In this document: in pieces, positions 61,134 through 64,000 of the stretch
Position numbering within the stretch: the first letter of the stretch is position 1
Layout of the letters: every line of letters starts with the position of its first letter
Assembly (NCBI GenBank): GCA_963793865.1
Contig: CAWCBP010000008.1
Span: 512,001 to 576,000, forward strand
Reading direction: 5' to 3'
Source: an uncultured delta proteobacterium
GTDB lineage: Bacteria > Desulfobacterota > WTBG01
DNA: 64,000 bases
Notes under the pieces: model-generated
The model's input: the letters and a program-made list of their open reading frames with translations, nothing else
Told to the model about the DNA's origin: nothing
Database searches by the model: none
Program-made: the position numbers and the translations under genes

Positions 61134-62282
61134 CTACCGCGGGTGGCGGCGCTTGAGATACCCTTCAATCCGGTCCATGCCTTCCTTGATGTTATCGAGG
61201 GAATTGGCATAGGAAAAGCGAAGGTACCCCTCGGCATTTTTACCAAAATCAATGCCCGGGGTCACCCCCACCCTGGCTTCCTCGAGAATGCTGAAGGCAA
61301 GCGACAGGGAATCGCCGGAAAATTGCCTGGCGTTGGCAAGGACATAAAATGCCCCGGTGGGCTCAACGCCGATGCCGAAGCCGAGCTCGCGCAGACGGGG
61401 AATGATATACCGCCGCCTGGCATCGAGGGTCTGCTTCATCTGCTCAACGTCCTGCCCGGCATATTTGAGCGCCGCCACACCGGCCCATTGCACGAAGGCA
61501 TTGGCCGAAATAAAAAAGTTCTGGTGCATTTTCTGCAGGGGGCGGATGAATGCCTCAGGCACAATGATGTAGCCCAGGCGCCAGCCGGTCATGGCATACA
61601 GCTTGGAGAAACCGTTGATGACAAAGCAGCGGTCGGTAAACTCCAGCATCGAATGCTCCCTGCCTTCGTAGACCAGGCCGTGATAGATTTCGTCGGAAAT
61701 AATGTAAGGCGATAGCCTGCTGAGCTCCTGCATGCGCTCCGGGTCAAGCACCGTGCCGGTGGGGTTGGCAGGCGAGTTGACCAGGACGGCCCTGGTGCGC
61801 TTTCCGATTGTGCGGGCGACGTCTTCGGGGCGGTAGTGAAAACCATCCTCTTCCCGCACATCGACATAGCGGGGGACGCCGTCGGCAAGGAGGATAAAGT
61901 TTGGATAGCAGGCATAGTGAGGATCGGGGAGAATGATGTTGTCCCCTTTCTCCAGCAGGGAAAAGCAGGCGAGCAGCATGGCCGGTGACGTGCCCGAGGT
62001 GACAAGGATCTGATCGGGGTGGACGGTGACGTTGTAGCGGTCCCGGTAGTATTCGGCGATGGCCTCCCGCAGTTCAATGAGTCCCAGGCTGTGGGTGTAG
62101 CGCGTCTTGCCCGAGCTGATGGCCTCAAAGGCTGCGTCCTTGATGCATTGGGGGGTGTCAAAATCCAGCTCGCCCACCTCAAGATGGATAACGTGCTCAC
62201 CCCGCCGTTCCATCTCGGCGGCCTTTTCCATCACTTCCATGACCAGGAAGGGTTCTATGGCTGATGATTTTTTAGAGATCAT
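61134..62282 (-). CDS. class I/II PLP aminotransferase (AspC-like)
   Basis: NSPANPTG, SDEIY, GFSKLYAMTGWRLG, LRFSYA. Confidence 0.93.
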   Translation of the reverse strand: MISKKSSAIEPFLVMEVMEKAAEMERRGEHVIHLEVGELDFDTPQCIKDAAFEAISSGKTRYTHSLGLIELREAIAEYYRDRYNVTVHPDQILVTSGTSPAMLLACFSLLEKGDNIILPDPHYACYPNFILLADGVPRYVDVREEDGFHYRPEDVARTIGKRTRAVLVNSPANPTGTVLDPERMQELSRLSPYIISDEIYHGLVYEGREHSMLEFTDRCFVINGFSKLYAMTGWRLGYIIVPEAFIRPLQKMHQNFFISANAFVQWAGVAALKYAGQDVEQMKQTLDARRRYIIPRLRELGFGIGVEPTGAFYVLANARQFSGDSLSLAFSILEEARVGVTPGIDFGKNAEGYLRFSYANSLDNIKEGMDRIEGYLKRRHPR

Positions 62283-62480
62283 AGGATGTCTTATCCTGTC
62301 CTGCAGGGCGTTTGGAAGGAATGTATCGTTTTGCAAAGGCGGATGTCAAGCTTTTGTTGCGGGCCGCATGTGAGGCGATGTGCAGCACATGCGCCGCTTT
62401 CCACTATGACATTGACTTTGCCATGCTGATTTAATAGTATGCGGCCTGATGCGAAAAAGCGCGCCCGGGAGGGATAAAAG

Positions 62481-63047
62481 ATGAGACTGATCATTGCCAT
62501 TACCGGAGCAAGCGGAAGCATTTACGGCATCCGCCTGCTCGAATGTTTAAGCGCCAGGAAGGACATTGAAACCCACCTGGTCATGAGCATTACTGCGGGG
62601 ACGGTCATACCCTACGAAACTGCGTATACGCATGTTGATCAGGTAAAACGACTGGCTACCTTCTGTTACCCGGATGATGATCTCACCGCGCCCGTTGCCA
62701 GCGGGACGTTTCTTACCGACGGCATGATCGTGGCCCCCTGCAGCGCCAAGACCCTTTCCGCGGTGGCCCACGGGTATGGCGCGACGCTCATCGCCCGGGC
62801 GGCGGATGTCTGCCTGAAGGAGCGCAGAAAGCTGGCGCTGGTTTTCCGCGAGACCCCGCTGACCCTGGCCCACATTGATAATATGAAGCGCGTGACCGCC
62901 ATGGGGGGTATGGTTGTGCCGCCCCTCCCGGGCTTTTATACCAGGCCTAAAACGGTTGATGAGATTATTAATCACTCGGTGGGGAAGATTCTGGATCTGT
63001 TCGGCATCGAGCATGATCTTTTCCGCCGGTGGGGGGAAAAGTCCTAG
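62481..63047 (+). CDS. ubiX: flavin prenyltransferase
   Basis: ITGASG, ASG, APCS..TL, RAADV.LKERR, RETP, P.FY. Confidence 0.95.
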   Translation: MRLIIAITGASGSIYGIRLLECLSARKDIETHLVMSITAGTVIPYETAYTHVDQVKRLATFCYPDDDLTAPVASGTFLTDGMIVAPCSAKTLSAVAHGYGATLIARAADVCLKERRKLALVFRETPLTLAHIDNMKRVTAMGGMVVPPLPGFYTRPKTVDEIINHSVGKILDLFGIEHDLFRRWGEKS

Positions 63048-63145
63048 CAGGTTGTTGAAAAACACCCATCTGAGTTGTAGCTCAAAAGCCCCTCCCCCTT
63101 GAGCCTTTGACAGCCTGGGAAAATGCTTTTAAAAAAAACTGCTCG
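63044..63145 (+). mobile_element. MITE-like element, short hybrid copy
   Basis: CTAGCAGGTTGTTGAAAAACACCCATCTG (copy-1 end), the hairpin module of the 46695 copy, ACAGCCTG, and a degenerate outer TIR. Confidence 0.7.
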
Positions 63146-63255
63146 ATTTCAGGCATCAGGTGCCGGATTTCCCCCTTGACAATAACCGGCTGGTGTGTAA
63201 TTGTTTTTTCCCTCTCAAGCCTTTTGGCTCAGCGAATTGAAAAGGAGCTTGATCT

Positions 63256-64000
63256 ATGTCCAGGAAGAAGATCTACGAGAGAACCCTTGAGGATTACCGG
63301 GAGCAGGCATGGGGTGATGCGCGCTGCAACTGGTGCCAGAACCAGTGGGGATGGAATGTCAAGAGCAGCAAGTACAGCGAGATCTGCCCCGAGTTTCGCT
63401 ACAAGCGCTTCGCGGCCTACAGCGGCATGGGCAAATTTCACATCATCCGGGCCCTGCTGGAGGGTGATTTCGATTACACCGATTCCGAAGCCCTGGTGGA
63501 TATTGCCTACCGCTGCACCTCCTGCGGCGCCTGCGAGATGAACTGCCTGCGGCTCACTGAGAAGGAACCTCTGAAGGCGGGAGAGGCTTTGAAAACACGG
63601 CTGATTGAAAAGGGCCTGGCGCCACTTCCGGCGCACAAGGAGCTCATCGCCAGCATAAAGAATTACGACAATCCCTGGAAGCAGCCCCGGGCGCAGAAGG
63701 CGCAGTGGGCCAAGGGACTCAACCTGAAAGATGCCAATAAGGAGAAGTGCCCCACCCTGTTCTTCGCCGGATGCACGCCTGCATTTGATCCCCTCCTGAA
63801 GCATGACATCGTCAACTCGGCGCAGGTGCTGAAAAATTCAGGCGTCGATATAGGGGTTTTTGCGGAAACGGAAATTTGCTGCGGCAGCCCCGCCATCCGT
63901 CTGGGGGACCGGGAGACGTTTTTCTCCGTGGTTAAAAGAAATATTGAGCAGTTTGCCAAGGCGGGGGTAAAGGAAATTATCACCCAGTGCGCGGGCTGCT
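63256..64000 (+). CDS. HdrD/GlpC-like Fe-S oxidoreductase with CCG domain (3'-partial, not in ORF track)
   Basis: AAGGAG SD; DARCNWC..ICP; CTSCGACEMNC; FFAGC; EICCG; TQCAGC; open to the window end. Confidence 0.88.
   Translation, partial: MSRKKIYERTLEDYREQAWGDARCNWCQNQWGWNVKSSKYSEICPEFRYKRFAAYSGMGKFHIIRALLEGDFDYTDSEALVDIAYRCTSCGACEMNCLRLTEKEPLKAGEALKTRLIEKGLAPLPAHKELIASIKNYDNPWKQPRAQKAQWAKGLNLKDANKEKCPTLFFAGCTPAFDPLLKHDIVNSAQVLKNSGVDIGVFAETEICCGSPAIRLGDRETFFSVVKRNIEQFAKAGVKEIITQCAGC

Overview
Core-chromosome segment of a bacterium, probably an anaerobic Desulfobacterota/'deltaproteobacterial' lineage. This is inferred from gene content (AOR, HdrD/GlpC-like Fe-S protein, CIRCE-regulated groESL, long class II Fba) and was not tested by search. 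From left to right it holds: a GNAT fragment and a probable island attachment scar (tRNA-Lys remnant); argH and fba; an accessory block (AOR, exported flavodoxin, frameshifted VanZ-like and tandem DUF1566 genes); a stress/repair block (mntP, radC, ssb, groESL, dgt, HtrA, two Hsp20, uvrA); a degenerate NtrC-like regulator; a cold-shock divergon (CxxC-x17-CxxC protein and Csp versus DEAD-box helicase and an RpoD-like sigma outside the dnaG context); a decayed defence islet (AbiE-like pair, WYL and ORF6N scraps); a complete dcw cluster (mraZ to ftsZ) with an inserted receiver-domain gene; and housekeeping/redox genes. The most notable non-obvious signals are tandem NrdR-box-like pairs at two dcw promoters (upstream of mraZ and of ftsZ), a modular MITE family whose CTAG end overlaps TAG stop codons at three of its four copies, an unannotated 28-aa lysine-rich gene, and two further small genes missed by the ORF track. 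No CRISPR array, rRNA, intact tRNA, transposase or reverse transcriptase was seen. All family calls come from motif recognition by eye.
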